From Candidatus Krumholzibacteriia bacterium (GTDB taxonomy: Bacteria > Krumholzibacteriota > Krumholzibacteriia > JAJRXK01): a stretch of 64,000 nt of DNA. A program made the translations under genes and the position numbers. The notes below the pieces were generated by a model. The model worked only from the letters and a program-made list of their open reading frames with translations. It made no database searches and had not been told where the DNA came from. Each line of letters starts with the position of its first letter. Positions within the stretch are counted from its first letter, which is position 1. Shown here piece after piece: positions 45,198 through 54,433 of this stretch. The stretch is from NCBI GenBank assembly GCA_041484665.1, contig JBGPIA010000009.1, positions 32,001-96,000 of the forward strand. The letters are read 5' to 3'.

Positions 45198-47129
45198 ATG
45201 CTCGTGGATCGCCATCTGACGGCTCGGCCCGCGTTGTCCTGCGATCGGCTGCAGCGCGTGGCGCGCAGCGCGGGGGCTGTGGCCGTCGGCCGCCTGGCGC
45301 TCGCTCTGGCGCTCTTCGTCGCCGCCTTGGCGCTGCTGGCCGGCTGCGCGAAGAAGGACAAGAACGAGATCCCCGTGGCCAAGATCCAGGACCGGGTGGT
45401 CTCGCTGGCCTACTACGAGCGCAAGCTCAACGGGATCGACCAACGATTCCTGCCGTCGGACATCCAGACCCACGAGGGTCGGATGAAGTTCCTCGACACC
45501 ATCGTCGAGAAGGAGGTGATGGCGATCAAGGCGGAGGAGCTGGGGTTCGCCGCGAACCCAAAGGTCCAGCAGACGGCGAGCGCCGTCAGCCAGCTCAAGA
45601 GCGTGACGCTCATGAAGGAGGATGTGGTCAAGCCGGCACAGGACGTCACGGAGCAGGAGACCCAGGAGTACTACGAGAACTTCGGGCGCAACCTCCGTGT
45701 CAGCTGCATGGTGTTCGACCACCTCGAGCAGGCGCAGAAGGCCAAGAAGCTGGTGGAGGGTGGGGAGGACTGGTTAACGGTGGCGCGCCGCATGAGCGTC
45801 GGTCCCGTGGGCCCCAACAATAACTACACCATGACCATGAAGTACGGGACCGTCGCCGACGATCTGGAGAAGGCTGTCTTCGCCCTAGACGTCGACCAGG
45901 TCTCCGATCCGATCCCGTCCTACTACGGCTTCTTCCTCGTCCGCCTCGACGGCCAGGTGATGGAGCGCGTGGAGCCGCTGGACAAGCTGCGGGACACGAT
46001 CGTCGCCAGCGTGCGCAAGTCGAAGGCCGAGCTGCTGACCCTCGACTTCATCCACAAGGTCTTCGACGAGTACCGCTTCACCATCGACGAGGCGGTGCTG
46101 GACACGCTGTTCGCCATGCTGCCCCAGGACGTCGAGCTAATCCCGCCGAAGAAGCCCGAGGAGATGGAGCCGTTGCACATCCCGCCCGACCTGCTGGACA
46201 AGGTGCTCATGAGCTATGCCGACCAGACCTGGACTCTGGAGCGCTACCAGCAGTTGTACTCCACGATGAGCAGCCTCGGACGGCCGCGCCGGGAGCACCG
46301 CCTGGGCGGACTGCGCCGCTCCCTGCAGGAGATCGCCATCCGCGAGCTGATGCCGATGGCGGCCAAGGGGCGCGGCTACCTGGAGCGCGCCGAGGTCCAG
46401 GACGAGCTGAAGCTGCGCCGCGAGCAGAACATGGTCACGCTGCTGCACGACGAGCTGATCATGAAGGAGGTCAAGGTCCAGCCCAGCGACGTCGACACCT
46501 TCTGGGCCAAGCATAGCGCGGAGTTCCGCCGGCCCGAAACGCGCGAGCTGTATCTGCTGGCCGCCGACACCGAGGACCAGGCGCGCGCGGCGGTGGTCAA
46601 AGCGCGCCAGGGGCAGGAGTGGTCGAAGCTGGTCGAGGAGTACGTCCCAGCGCCGCTGCGCCAGCAGAGCGCCCAGGCCATCACCTACCGCAAGACCGAC
46701 AGAGGGATCCTCCCGGAGATGGCGTTCTCCGTCCCGAACGAAGGCGGCGTGAGCGAGCCGCGCGAGACGCTCGACCATCGCTGGGCGGTGGTGAAGGTCC
46801 TCCACATCACCTCCGAGCACGACCCCACCTTGGAGGAGGCCCGCGAATCTGTAGGCAAAGTGGTGGAGGCGCGCATGGCCGATGCCCTCTTCCAGCAGAA
46901 AGTCTCCGAGTGGAAGGCCGGCATGAAGATCAAGCTCTACCCGCGCAACGTGGACAAGGCCGTGCTGTCACGCACGGAAGGGGCGGCCACCTCCGGCGCC
47001 GCCAGCGGTGCGGCCGGCCCGGCCGCGGCCGGCAGCTCCACGGGGGCCCCGGGCGGCGCCGCGCCGGCGCGCGGCGCGCGAGGAAGCAGCGCGGCCAGCA
47101 CGCCGCTGCAGGGATCCTCCATTCCATGA
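45198..47129 (+). CDS. PrsA/PpiD-like parvulin foldase lipoprotein with two PPIase-like modules
   Basis: AGGAG RBS, lipobox LAGC, SurA-N-like region, VSDPIPSYYGFFLVRL and VSEPRETLDHRWAVVKV. Confidence 0.8.
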   Translation: MLVDRHLTARPALSCDRLQRVARSAGAVAVGRLALALALFVAALALLAGCAKKDKNEIPVAKIQDRVVSLAYYERKLNGIDQRFLPSDIQTHEGRMKFLDTIVEKEVMAIKAEELGFAANPKVQQTASAVSQLKSVTLMKEDVVKPAQDVTEQETQEYYENFGRNLRVSCMVFDHLEQAQKAKKLVEGGEDWLTVARRMSVGPVGPNNNYTMTMKYGTVADDLEKAVFALDVDQVSDPIPSYYGFFLVRLDGQVMERVEPLDKLRDTIVASVRKSKAELLTLDFIHKVFDEYRFTIDEAVLDTLFAMLPQDVELIPPKKPEEMEPLHIPPDLLDKVLMSYADQTWTLERYQQLYSTMSSLGRPRREHRLGGLRRSLQEIAIRELMPMAAKGRGYLERAEVQDELKLRREQNMVTLLHDELIMKEVKVQPSDVDTFWAKHSAEFRRPETRELYLLAADTEDQARAAVVKARQGQEWSKLVEEYVPAPLRQQSAQAITYRKTDRGILPEMAFSVPNEGGVSEPRETLDHRWAVVKVLHITSEHDPTLEEARESVGKVVEARMADALFQQKVSEWKAGMKIKLYPRNVDKAVLSRTEGAATSGAASGAAGPAAAGSSTGAPGGAAPARGARGSSAASTPLQGSSIP

Positions 47130-48601
47130 GTCTGCGTCGCGGTGGCCGGGTCAGCGGGCCGGGCGCGGCGATCGCCATGGCGGTCGCCGTGGCGGTGGCC
47201 GCGGCGATCGCGGCGCTCGCCGCGCCCGGGAGCGCTCCCGTCGAGTCCCACCCAGAGCCGCCGCAGGCGACCCCGCCGGCGGGCTCCCCTGCGGCCCCGG
47301 CCGCGCGTTCCGCCGCGGATTCGGCAGCGGCCCAACCCGCGCCGCCGTCAACCGAGGGGCCAGTCGGGAGCAGCCCCCAGCTCGTCGACCGCGTGGTGGC
47401 GATGGTCGACGAGGAGCCGATCCTGCTCAGCGACCTGGAGCGCGAGGTCGAGAGCTACAAGTTCGACGCGGAGGCGTCCGGGCAGAAGGTCGACGCGGAC
47501 CCCGCGCAGCTGCGCAAGCAGATGCTCGACCGCCTGATCGAGGTCAAGCTGCTGGTGGCCCAGGCGAAGCTCGACGGGATCACACTGGGCGACCAGGAGC
47601 TGGAGCAGGCGGTCTCCCGCTCCATGGACGACATGATCACCCGCTTCGGCAGCCGCCGGAACCTCGAGCGCGAGCTGGAGCGCAGCAGGATGACCTACGG
47701 TGATCTCGAGGCGCGCAACCGCGAGCTGATCCGCAACCGCCTGTACACCTCGCGCATCGTCGCGACCCACATCCGCCCTCTGGTGGAGGTGCGCGCGGAC
47801 GAAGTGCGCAAGTACTACGAGGATCACAAGGACCAGGTCCCGCGCCGCCCCGCGAGGGTGAAGCTCGCGAACGTCCTGGTGGTGCCGCAGCCCTCCGAGC
47901 AGGCGCAGGTGGTGATCAAGGACGCGCTGGCGAAGATCCAGGCGGATCTCGGCAAGGGGGTAGCCTTCGAGGACGTCGCGCGCAGCTACTCGCAGGACGC
48001 CAACGCCACAGGCGGCGGCCACCTGGGGACCTTCGCCAAGGGAGACCTCTTCAACGGGTTGCTGGAGGATGCCGCTTGGAGCCAGCCGGTGGGCGTGGTG
48101 GGTCAACCCATCACCACCGAGATCGGCGTCCACCTACTGCGCGTGGACTCGCGCACCAACGATGAGGTAACGCTGTCGCAGATCATGCTGCGTCTGACCA
48201 TCACCGACCCCGAGCGGGAGCGGGCGGCGGCGCGGGCCAAGGAGGTCGCGGCGCTGGCGGCGCAAGGCCGGGATTTTGCCGAGCTGGCTAGAATGTATTC
48301 GGACGATCCCACCAGCCGGGAGAAGGGAGGCGAGCTGGGGGAGTTCGCCGTTGACCAGCTTACCCCGCAGTTCCGCGAAGCCCTGCGCGACCTGCCGGTG
48401 GGGGGCGTGGCCGATCCGGTGAAGGGGGCAGCCGGCTACTTCGTGCTGAAGCTGCTCGATCGCACGGAGGCGCGCACGCCTTCCTTCGAGGAAGTGGCGC
48501 CCCAGCTGCACGACGTCGTCCAGGACCAGAAGATCGAGGCGGAGCTGCAGAAGTTCCTGGCGGGGCTGCGCAGCAAGTTCTACATCGACGTCAAGAGCTG
48601 A
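47126..48601 (+). CDS. surA: SurA-like chaperone/peptidyl-prolyl isomerase
   Basis: DRVVAMVDEEPILLSD; two parvulin domains (FEDVARSYSQD…GGHLG; FAELARMYSDDP…GGELG). ATGA overlap. Confidence 0.82.
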   Translation: MSLRRGGRVSGPGAAIAMAVAVAVAAAIAALAAPGSAPVESHPEPPQATPPAGSPAAPAARSAADSAAAQPAPPSTEGPVGSSPQLVDRVVAMVDEEPILLSDLEREVESYKFDAEASGQKVDADPAQLRKQMLDRLIEVKLLVAQAKLDGITLGDQELEQAVSRSMDDMITRFGSRRNLERELERSRMTYGDLEARNRELIRNRLYTSRIVATHIRPLVEVRADEVRKYYEDHKDQVPRRPARVKLANVLVVPQPSEQAQVVIKDALAKIQADLGKGVAFEDVARSYSQDANATGGGHLGTFAKGDLFNGLLEDAAWSQPVGVVGQPITTEIGVHLLRVDSRTNDEVTLSQIMLRLTITDPERERAAARAKEVAALAAQGRDFAELARMYSDDPTSREKGGELGEFAVDQLTPQFREALRDLPVGGVADPVKGAAGYFVLKLLDRTEARTPSFEEVAPQLHDVVQDQKIEAELQKFLAGLRSKFYIDVKS

Positions 48602-48687
48602 GGCGTCCGTGGCCTCATGATTGCAAGCAGGGTCGAGGAAGGGCCCGCCGCCGGGCGCGCGACCCACTGCGGCCCCCAAGCGACGAC

Positions 48688-49605
48688 ATGGCCTCCAACC
48701 GCCAGGCAGATCCCGCTCCCGCGCCGCAGTCCGGCCCGCTCCCGCCGCCGGCCCTGGACCCGCGTACGATCATCTCCTTCTATCACGTGGACGTCGAGTA
48801 CGGCGGCCACTACGCCCTGCGCGACGTCACGCTGCCGGTGGCCAACGGCGAGTTTCTGTTCGTGGTCGGGCCCTCGGGCGCCGGCAAGTCGACGCTGCTG
48901 CGGCTGATCATGATGGACGAGCTGCCCACCGCAGGGCAGGTCGTCGTCGGCACCTATCTCAGCACCCGCATCCGCCGCGCGCAGATCCCGGTGCTGCGGC
49001 GCTCGATCGGCGTGGTGTTCCAGGACTTCCGCCTGTTGGAAGACCGCAACGTCCAGGACAACGTGGCCTTCGCCCAGATGGTGACCGGCGTCTGCGGCGC
49101 CGAGTCCAAGCGCAATGTCGCCCGCGTGCTCAACTGGGTCGGGCTGTACCACAAGCGCCACCAGAGCGTGCGCACGCTGTCCGGCGGCGAGCAGCAACGC
49201 GTAGCCATCGCGCGCGCCATCGTCAACAGCCCCAAGATCCTGCTGGCCGACGAGCCCACCGGCAACCTCGACCCGGAGATCGCCCGGGAGATCCTCGACC
49301 TGCTGTTCAAGATCAACGCCGGCGGCGCGGCGGTGATCATGGCCACCCACGACCACGCGCTGGTGCGGAAGTTCGGCCGGCGCGTCGTCAGCCTGCAGGA
49401 CGGACAGATCACCGCCGACGTCGAGCGGCCCCGCGCCGATCGGCCCGCGGACGAGCAACGCTCGCCGGCGCGGTCAACGGCGAGCCCGCTGCCGGGGGCA
49501 CAGCCGCGGGAGGCGCCCCAGCGCTGGGACGCGGGAGTGCTGGAAGTCGTCGACCCCGCGGGGCCGGCCTCCTCCCTGCGCGAGCAGCAAGATGGGGGGC
49601 GCTGA
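48688..49605 (+). CDS. ftsE: Cell division ATP-binding protein
   Basis: GPSGAGKST, VFQDFRLL, LSGGEQQRVAIARAIVN, LADEPTGNLD, MATHD. Confidence 0.93.
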   Translation: MASNRQADPAPAPQSGPLPPPALDPRTIISFYHVDVEYGGHYALRDVTLPVANGEFLFVVGPSGAGKSTLLRLIMMDELPTAGQVVVGTYLSTRIRRAQIPVLRRSIGVVFQDFRLLEDRNVQDNVAFAQMVTGVCGAESKRNVARVLNWVGLYHKRHQSVRTLSGGEQQRVAIARAIVNSPKILLADEPTGNLDPEIAREILDLLFKINAGGAAVIMATHDHALVRKFGRRVVSLQDGQITADVERPRADRPADEQRSPARSTASPLPGAQPREAPQRWDAGVLEVVDPAGPASSLREQQDGGR

Positions 49606-50477
49606 TGTACAACGCCACGCAGGTGCGCTTCCTGCTGGGCGAGTCGGCCGCTGGGCTGCTGCGCCGGCGGATCAGCGGCACGGTCGCGATCCTGATCATG
49701 GGTAGCTCGCTGCTGATGCTGGCGATCTTCAGTCTGTTCACCATCAATCTCGACCGCCTGCTGCAGTCGGTGCGCAGCGGCATCGACATCACCGTATACC
49801 TGAGCGACGACGTGACCGAGGAGCAGCGCCAGTCCCTCCACGACGATCTGCTGCACATCGATGGCGTGCTGGGCGTGAGCTACGCCAGCCGCGAGCAGGC
49901 GCTGGAGGGTTTCCGCCAGGATCTGGGTGACGACGCCGATCTGCTGGATGCCCTGGCCGTCAACCCCCTGCCCGCAAGTTTCCGTCTGCGCCTGGCGCCG
50001 CGCCTGCAGAGCTCGGGCAAGGTGGCCGACCTCTGCCACACGCTCGGGCAGTACCCCGGCGTGGAGGAGGCCGCGGCCCAGGTGGAGTGGATCCGCCGCC
50101 TCGACCGTCTGGCCGCGGCATTCGCGGTGGTGACCGTCATCATCGGCGTGCTGGTCCTGCTCTCGGCGCTGTTCGTCGTGAGCAACACCGTCAAGCTCAC
50201 CATCGAGGAGGGCGCCCGCCGCATGGAGATCATGAAGCTCGTGGGCGCCACCAACTGGTTCATCCGCACTCCGTACCTGCTCAGCGGAGCGCTGCAGGGC
50301 GCGGCGGCGGGAGTCCTGGCCATGGGGATCCTGTTGCTCGCGCACCGGGTGCTGGCCCGCCAGGTGCAGGGCGTCTTCTTCTTCGCGCTGGGCCAGATCC
50401 TCGGCTTCGTGGCCCTCAGCACCCTGCTGGGCATGGCCGGCAGCTACACGGCGCTGCGGCGCCACCTGCGCCTGTAG
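49605..50477 (+). CDS. ftsX: Cell division permease-like protein
   Basis: NPLPAS, NTVKL, EIMKLVGATNWFIRTP; 4 TM; TGATG overlap with ftsE. Confidence 0.93.
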   Translation: MYNATQVRFLLGESAAGLLRRRISGTVAILIMGSSLLMLAIFSLFTINLDRLLQSVRSGIDITVYLSDDVTEEQRQSLHDDLLHIDGVLGVSYASREQALEGFRQDLGDDADLLDALAVNPLPASFRLRLAPRLQSSGKVADLCHTLGQYPGVEEAAAQVEWIRRLDRLAAAFAVVTVIIGVLVLLSALFVVSNTVKLTIEEGARRMEIMKLVGATNWFIRTPYLLSGALQGAAAGVLAMGILLLAHRVLARQVQGVFFFALGQILGFVALSTLLGMAGSYTALRRHLRL

Positions 50478-50487
50478 GAGTGCAACC

Positions 50488-51927
50488 GTGCGCCGGTGCG
50501 CCGCTCGCTTTCGCCCCGCGTCGCTGGCGCAGTTGCCAGCGTCGAGGGCGAGCAGGCCGCTGCCGCCGCGGGTGAGGCTGCTCGTGGTGCTGCTTCTTTC
50601 GCCGTCCCTGCCGGCATTCCCTGCTTCGGGGCTGCTGCCGCTCGTTTCCGCCGCGCGCGCGCAGGCCCCTGGCACGCCGCCTGGGTCCCGCGTGACTTCG
50701 GCCACCGTGCCCTGGCCCGCCGAGCCGAACAGTTTGCCGAGCTCCGAGCGCCCGGTTGACTCCATCGGCCAAGTCGACTCCGCCAGCGCGCAGCGCGCAG
50801 CGGGCCCGGCCGCGCTCTCTCCCGCCGCGGCGGAGAAGGAGCGCGAGCTGCGCGAGCTGCGCGCTCGGATCGCCGAGACGCGCGCCCGCGCCACGGCGCT
50901 GGCCGACGACGAGAAGGGGCAGGTGGCGCGGTTGCACGCCCTGGAGCGCGAGGCCGACTACACCGCGACGCTCTTGGGCAAGCTGGCCGACAAGCAGTCG
51001 TCGCTGGAGACGCGCGCCGACTCGCTGCAGGGGGAGATCGGCGTCACGCAGTCGCGCCTGGCCGATCGGCGCGCGCACCTGGCGCAGCGCCTGCGGCAGA
51101 TGTACAAGCAGGGCCGCCACCACACCCTGGCGCTGATGCTCACCAGCGCGACGCTCGACGAGCTGGCGGCGCGCATGAAGGCCCAGACCGAGATCGCCCG
51201 CGCCGAGCAGCGCCTCATCGACGACGTGGTGCATACGCAATGGCAGCTGCGCGACCGGCGCTTGCAGCTCGACCGCAGTCTGGCGGAGGTCTACCGCACC
51301 CGCAGCGAGGTGGAGGACCGCAAGCTGGAGCTGCAGGGATTGCAGGACGAGCGCCGCGAGGCGGTGGAGTTGGTGCGGCGCGAGCGGCAGCACTTCGAGA
51401 GCAGTGTCACGGAGCTGGAGGAGGCCGCCCGCGCCATGGAATCGCTGGTGTCCGAGCTGCAGCGCCGGCGCGAGGAGAGCGGCACGCCCGCCCCGTCTAC
51501 CCACTTTTCCGTCCAGCAGGGGCGTCTGCCGTGGCCCGTCCTGGGGAAGATCATCAAGCCCTTCGGGAAGTCGGTGCACCCTCAGTTCAAGACGGTGGTG
51601 ATGAACAAGGGGATCAACATCTCGTCCGCCGCGGGCACCCCCATCACCGCCGTGGCCCAAGGCGTGGTGGAGTACGTGGACTGGCTTCCCGGCTACGGAA
51701 AGTGCATCATCGTGAACCACGGCGACGGCTACTACACGCTGTACGCCCACGCGAGCAACATCTTCTTCAGCCCGGGAGCCCAAGTGCAGCGCGGCGAGGT
51801 CATTGGCGAGGTCGGCGACACCGGCTCGCTCAACGGCAGCCAGCTCTACTTCGAGATCCGTCAGGGCAAGCAGGCGCTCGACCCGGCCGCATGGCTGCTC
51901 GGCACGGGTCAGGCCCGCACTCCCTGA
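50488..51927 (+). CDS. envC: Murein hydrolase activator EnvC (coiled coil + degenerate M23)
   Basis: Long coiled coil; GRLPWPV, NKGINI, TLYAH, LYFEIR (metal ligands degenerate); follows ftsEX. Confidence 0.85.
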   Translation: MRRCAARFRPASLAQLPASRASRPLPPRVRLLVVLLLSPSLPAFPASGLLPLVSAARAQAPGTPPGSRVTSATVPWPAEPNSLPSSERPVDSIGQVDSASAQRAAGPAALSPAAAEKERELRELRARIAETRARATALADDEKGQVARLHALEREADYTATLLGKLADKQSSLETRADSLQGEIGVTQSRLADRRAHLAQRLRQMYKQGRHHTLALMLTSATLDELAARMKAQTEIARAEQRLIDDVVHTQWQLRDRRLQLDRSLAEVYRTRSEVEDRKLELQGLQDERREAVELVRRERQHFESSVTELEEAARAMESLVSELQRRREESGTPAPSTHFSVQQGRLPWPVLGKIIKPFGKSVHPQFKTVVMNKGINISSAAGTPITAVAQGVVEYVDWLPGYGKCIIVNHGDGYYTLYAHASNIFFSPGAQVQRGEVIGEVGDTGSLNGSQLYFEIRQGKQALDPAAWLLGTGQARTP

Positions 51928-51928
51928 G

Positions 51929-53161
51929 ATGGCCCAGCGCCTGTCACCGCTGACGCGAGCGCCGGGGCTGCGGCGCCTGGGCGATCTCGCACGCCAGGGC
52001 GCGCTGCCGCAGTCGCTGCTGCTGGAGGGCCCCGAGGGCAGCGGCAAGGAGGCCGCCGCGATCGAGTTGGCCTGCCTGCTGTTGTGCGCTCCAGCGCTCG
52101 ACGCCAACTGTGGCCGCACCGCGCGGGCGTTGCTGCACCCCGACCTGCGCTTCGCGTTCCCAGTGGAGGCCTCCCTCAGCGATCTCGGGCTCCGCGAGCT
52201 GCTCGACGCCAAGGCCCGCGAGCCCCTCTCTCGCATCCGCCAGCCGGGGAGCGCCATCCTCCCCATCGGCGAGCCCGACGACCCCAGCCCCTGCTCGATC
52301 CGCGAGCTGCGCCGCTTCGTGTCCATGAAGCCATTCTCGGCCGAGAAGCGCGTGGTCATCGTGGCCGATGCCCACCGCATGAACCGCTCTGCCGCCAACG
52401 CGCTCTTGAAGACGCTCGAGGAGCCTCCGCCTTGCGCGCAGCTGATCTTGTGCACCCACCAGCCACGTCTGCTGCCAGCGACGGTGCGCTCGCGCTGCAC
52501 GCGCGTGCGCGTGCCGGGCCTGCGCGAGGACGAGCTCGCCAATCACCTGGAGGCGGCGCACGGCCTGGACGCTGCGCAGGCCGCCCAGCTGGCTGCGGCC
52601 TGCGGCGGCAACGCCCGCCGGGCGCTGGATCTGGTCGATCCGCAGGCGCGGCGTCTGGCCGGATGGGCAGCGGCCTTGCTGGAGCGGCTGCTGCAGCGGC
52701 GCGTCCACGAGCTTTTGCGCGGGGCCGAGCTGCTGGCCAAGGGCCAGGATCCCACCGGCGCGCAGCCGCTCGCGGGCAAGCTCGCCGACGCGAGCCTCTC
52801 CACCGGCCGCGATCTGGGAATGCGGACGCTGGACTTCATGGTGGCCGACCTGGTGGCCCTGGCCCGACTGCGCGCGGGGGCGACGGTGGCGGCCGCGCGC
52901 CAGCCGTGGCTCGCGCCGATGGTGGCGTCGCTGGGGGACCGCGATCCCGCGGCGATGGCCGACGTGCTGCTGCGGGCCCGCGACGATCTGGCGCGCAACG
53001 TCAACGTGAGCCTCGTGCTCACCCACGCTTTCTGCGAGGCACTGCGCGCCCGGGGGAGCAGCGACCGCACCCTCGCCGCCGCGGCCGCCCCAGGCGATGG
53101 CGATGCCGCGCAGGCCGCGGTGGAGGCGCCAGCCGCCGAGCCGGATCCGTGGCAGGGCTGA
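51929..53161 (+). CDS. holB: DNA polymerase III delta' subunit
   Basis: GPEGSGK, HPD, AANALLKTLEEPP, TVRSRC. Confidence 0.9.
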   Translation: MAQRLSPLTRAPGLRRLGDLARQGALPQSLLLEGPEGSGKEAAAIELACLLLCAPALDANCGRTARALLHPDLRFAFPVEASLSDLGLRELLDAKAREPLSRIRQPGSAILPIGEPDDPSPCSIRELRRFVSMKPFSAEKRVVIVADAHRMNRSAANALLKTLEEPPPCAQLILCTHQPRLLPATVRSRCTRVRVPGLREDELANHLEAAHGLDAAQAAQLAAACGGNARRALDLVDPQARRLAGWAAALLERLLQRRVHELLRGAELLAKGQDPTGAQPLAGKLADASLSTGRDLGMRTLDFMVADLVALARLRAGATVAAARQPWLAPMVASLGDRDPAAMADVLLRARDDLARNVNVSLVLTHAFCEALRARGSSDRTLAAAAAPGDGDAAQAAVEAPAAEPDPWQG

Positions 53162-53988
53162 TCGACACCCACCTGCACCTGGCGCGCCCCGAGTTCGACG
53201 CCGACCGCGACCCGGTGCGCGCCCGCGCGTACGCCGCCGGTGTGGCCGCCTTCCTGCAGGTGGGGTTCGACCGCTTGTCGATCGAGGCGGCTCTGCAGAT
53301 GGCCGCGGGTGAGCGGGCCAGCTGGTGCACGGCTGGCATCCATCCCCACGAAGCGCGCAGCTACGACGATACGACGCAGGCGCTGCTGAAAACCCTGGCA
53401 CAGGAGCAGCGCATCGTGGCGATCGGCGAGTGCGGATTGGACTACTTCCGCGATCTCAGCCCCCGCGATGTCCAGCGCGATGCCTTCCGACGCCAGATCC
53501 GCCTGGCTGCCGACGTCGGCCTCCCGCTGGTGCTCCACGTGCGCGACGCCTACGACGACGCGCGGCGGATCCTGCAGGAGGAGGGGCTGCCGCCGCGGCG
53601 CGGGATCTTCCACGCCTTCGCCGGTACTCCGGCCTTCGCTCGCTGGGCCGTCGGCGAGGGGTTCCTGCTGGGAATCGGGGGCCCGCTCACGTATCCCACT
53701 TCGGGCCTGCCCTTGGTGATCGAGGGGCTGCCGGCTTCGGTGTTCCTGCTGGAGACCGACGCCCCATGGCTTCCGCCGCAGCCCTGGCGGGGCCAGCGAA
53801 ACGAGCCCGCGTATCTGCGCGTCACCGCGCAGCGCCTGGCTGCGTTGTGCGGCACGCCGCTGGACGACCTGGCGGAGATCACCGCGCGCAACTTCGAACG
53901 CCTGCTGCAGGTGGCTCTGCCGGCGGAGTTCTGGGCCATCGTGCCCTCGCAGCTTGCGGCGCCGCTGCCGCAGCGCCGCCACGGGTGA
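53149..53988 (+). CDS. tatD: TatD family DNase
   Basis: IDTHLH, GIHPH, IGECGLDY, LHVRDA, FHAF, LETDAPWL, NEP. Confidence 0.95.
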   Translation: MAGLIDTHLHLARPEFDADRDPVRARAYAAGVAAFLQVGFDRLSIEAALQMAAGERASWCTAGIHPHEARSYDDTTQALLKTLAQEQRIVAIGECGLDYFRDLSPRDVQRDAFRRQIRLAADVGLPLVLHVRDAYDDARRILQEEGLPPRRGIFHAFAGTPAFARWAVGEGFLLGIGGPLTYPTSGLPLVIEGLPASVFLLETDAPWLPPQPWRGQRNEPAYLRVTAQRLAALCGTPLDDLAEITARNFERLLQVALPAEFWAIVPSQLAAPLPQRRHG

Positions 53989-54020
53989 GCGGCCGACCCC
54001 GCAGCGCAGGGTGCTGCGCG

Positions 54021-54093
54021 GTGGCGCGCGCTGGCGAGCGGTAGCGCGCAACGGCGCGCCATGGCGCGCCATGGCGCGGCACGGCGGGGCATG
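54021..54093. repeat. Degenerate 10-bp (paired pentamer) tandem repeat, about 7 copies
   Basis: gtggcgcgcg ctggcgagcg gtagcgcgca acggcgcgcc atggcgcgcc atggcgcggc acggcggggc. Confidence 0.65.
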
Positions 54094-54191
54094 CCCGGAT
54101 CTTCCGTGGCGCTTCGGCTGGCGTCGCTCCACCACCACCCCGCCCGGGATCGCGCCGCGGTCGCTCCTGCGGCTCCCGCGGCGCCGGCTCG

Positions 54192-54220
54192 TTGACACCC
54201 CACGGGGCGGGTGGTAGAGT
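54192..54220 (+). promoter_or_regulatory. sigma70-type promoter
   Basis: TTGACA-17 nt-TAGAGT. Confidence 0.75.
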
Positions 54221-54226
54221 CAAGCT

Positions 54227-54431
54227 TCCTCGCTGATCGGACCTTCCCTGAGTGGTTCGCATCGATCTTGCATCGTTCCTTCCGGAGGTCCTTCGTCCGC
54301 ACCTGTGCTAATGCTCGCGCTCCGTTGAGGTTTCTGGAGTGTTGCGAGACGGGCATCCGCCCGCGGGACGGGGGCTTTCCCCCCTCGACATAGTGGATTC
54401 CGAGCCGTCCCCCGGGGCGACATCGGCACGA
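54227..54431 (+). ncRNA. ssrS: Putative 6S RNA (rod-shaped, ~200 nt, central bubble)
   Basis: Nested end-to-end pairings: GCUGAU(54232-37)/AUCGGC(54422-27); CCCUG(54246-50)/CGGGG(54413-17); GUGGUUCG(54252-59)/CGAGCCGU(54401-08); unpaired bubble ~54276-87/54376-85; CCUUCGUCCGC(54290-300)/GCGGGACGGGGG(54363-74); AUGCUCG/CGGGCAU; CGCUCC/GGAGUG. Has its own promoter. Confidence 0.6.
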
Positions 54432-54433
54432 CC

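Noticed and set aside
42848..45382. 844-aa minus-strand ORF
   Set aside because: Antisense shadow of mfd.
54021..54093. Possible CRISPR array
   Set aside because: Units are 10 bp with no unique spacers, and no cas genes are present.
54276..54292. SRP RNA-like CCGGAAGGAA on the minus strand
   Set aside because: Lacks the flanking CAGG/AGCA internal loop of SRP helix 8, and the promoter points to the plus strand.
54227..54431. TPP or SAM riboswitch, or a 60-aa ORF (54211..54393), upstream of rsmA
   Set aside because: Only fragments (CTGAG, ACCTG…TAATGC) resemble TPP, and the core consensus and spacing are missing. The ORF starts inside the promoter. The end-to-end rod fits 6S better.
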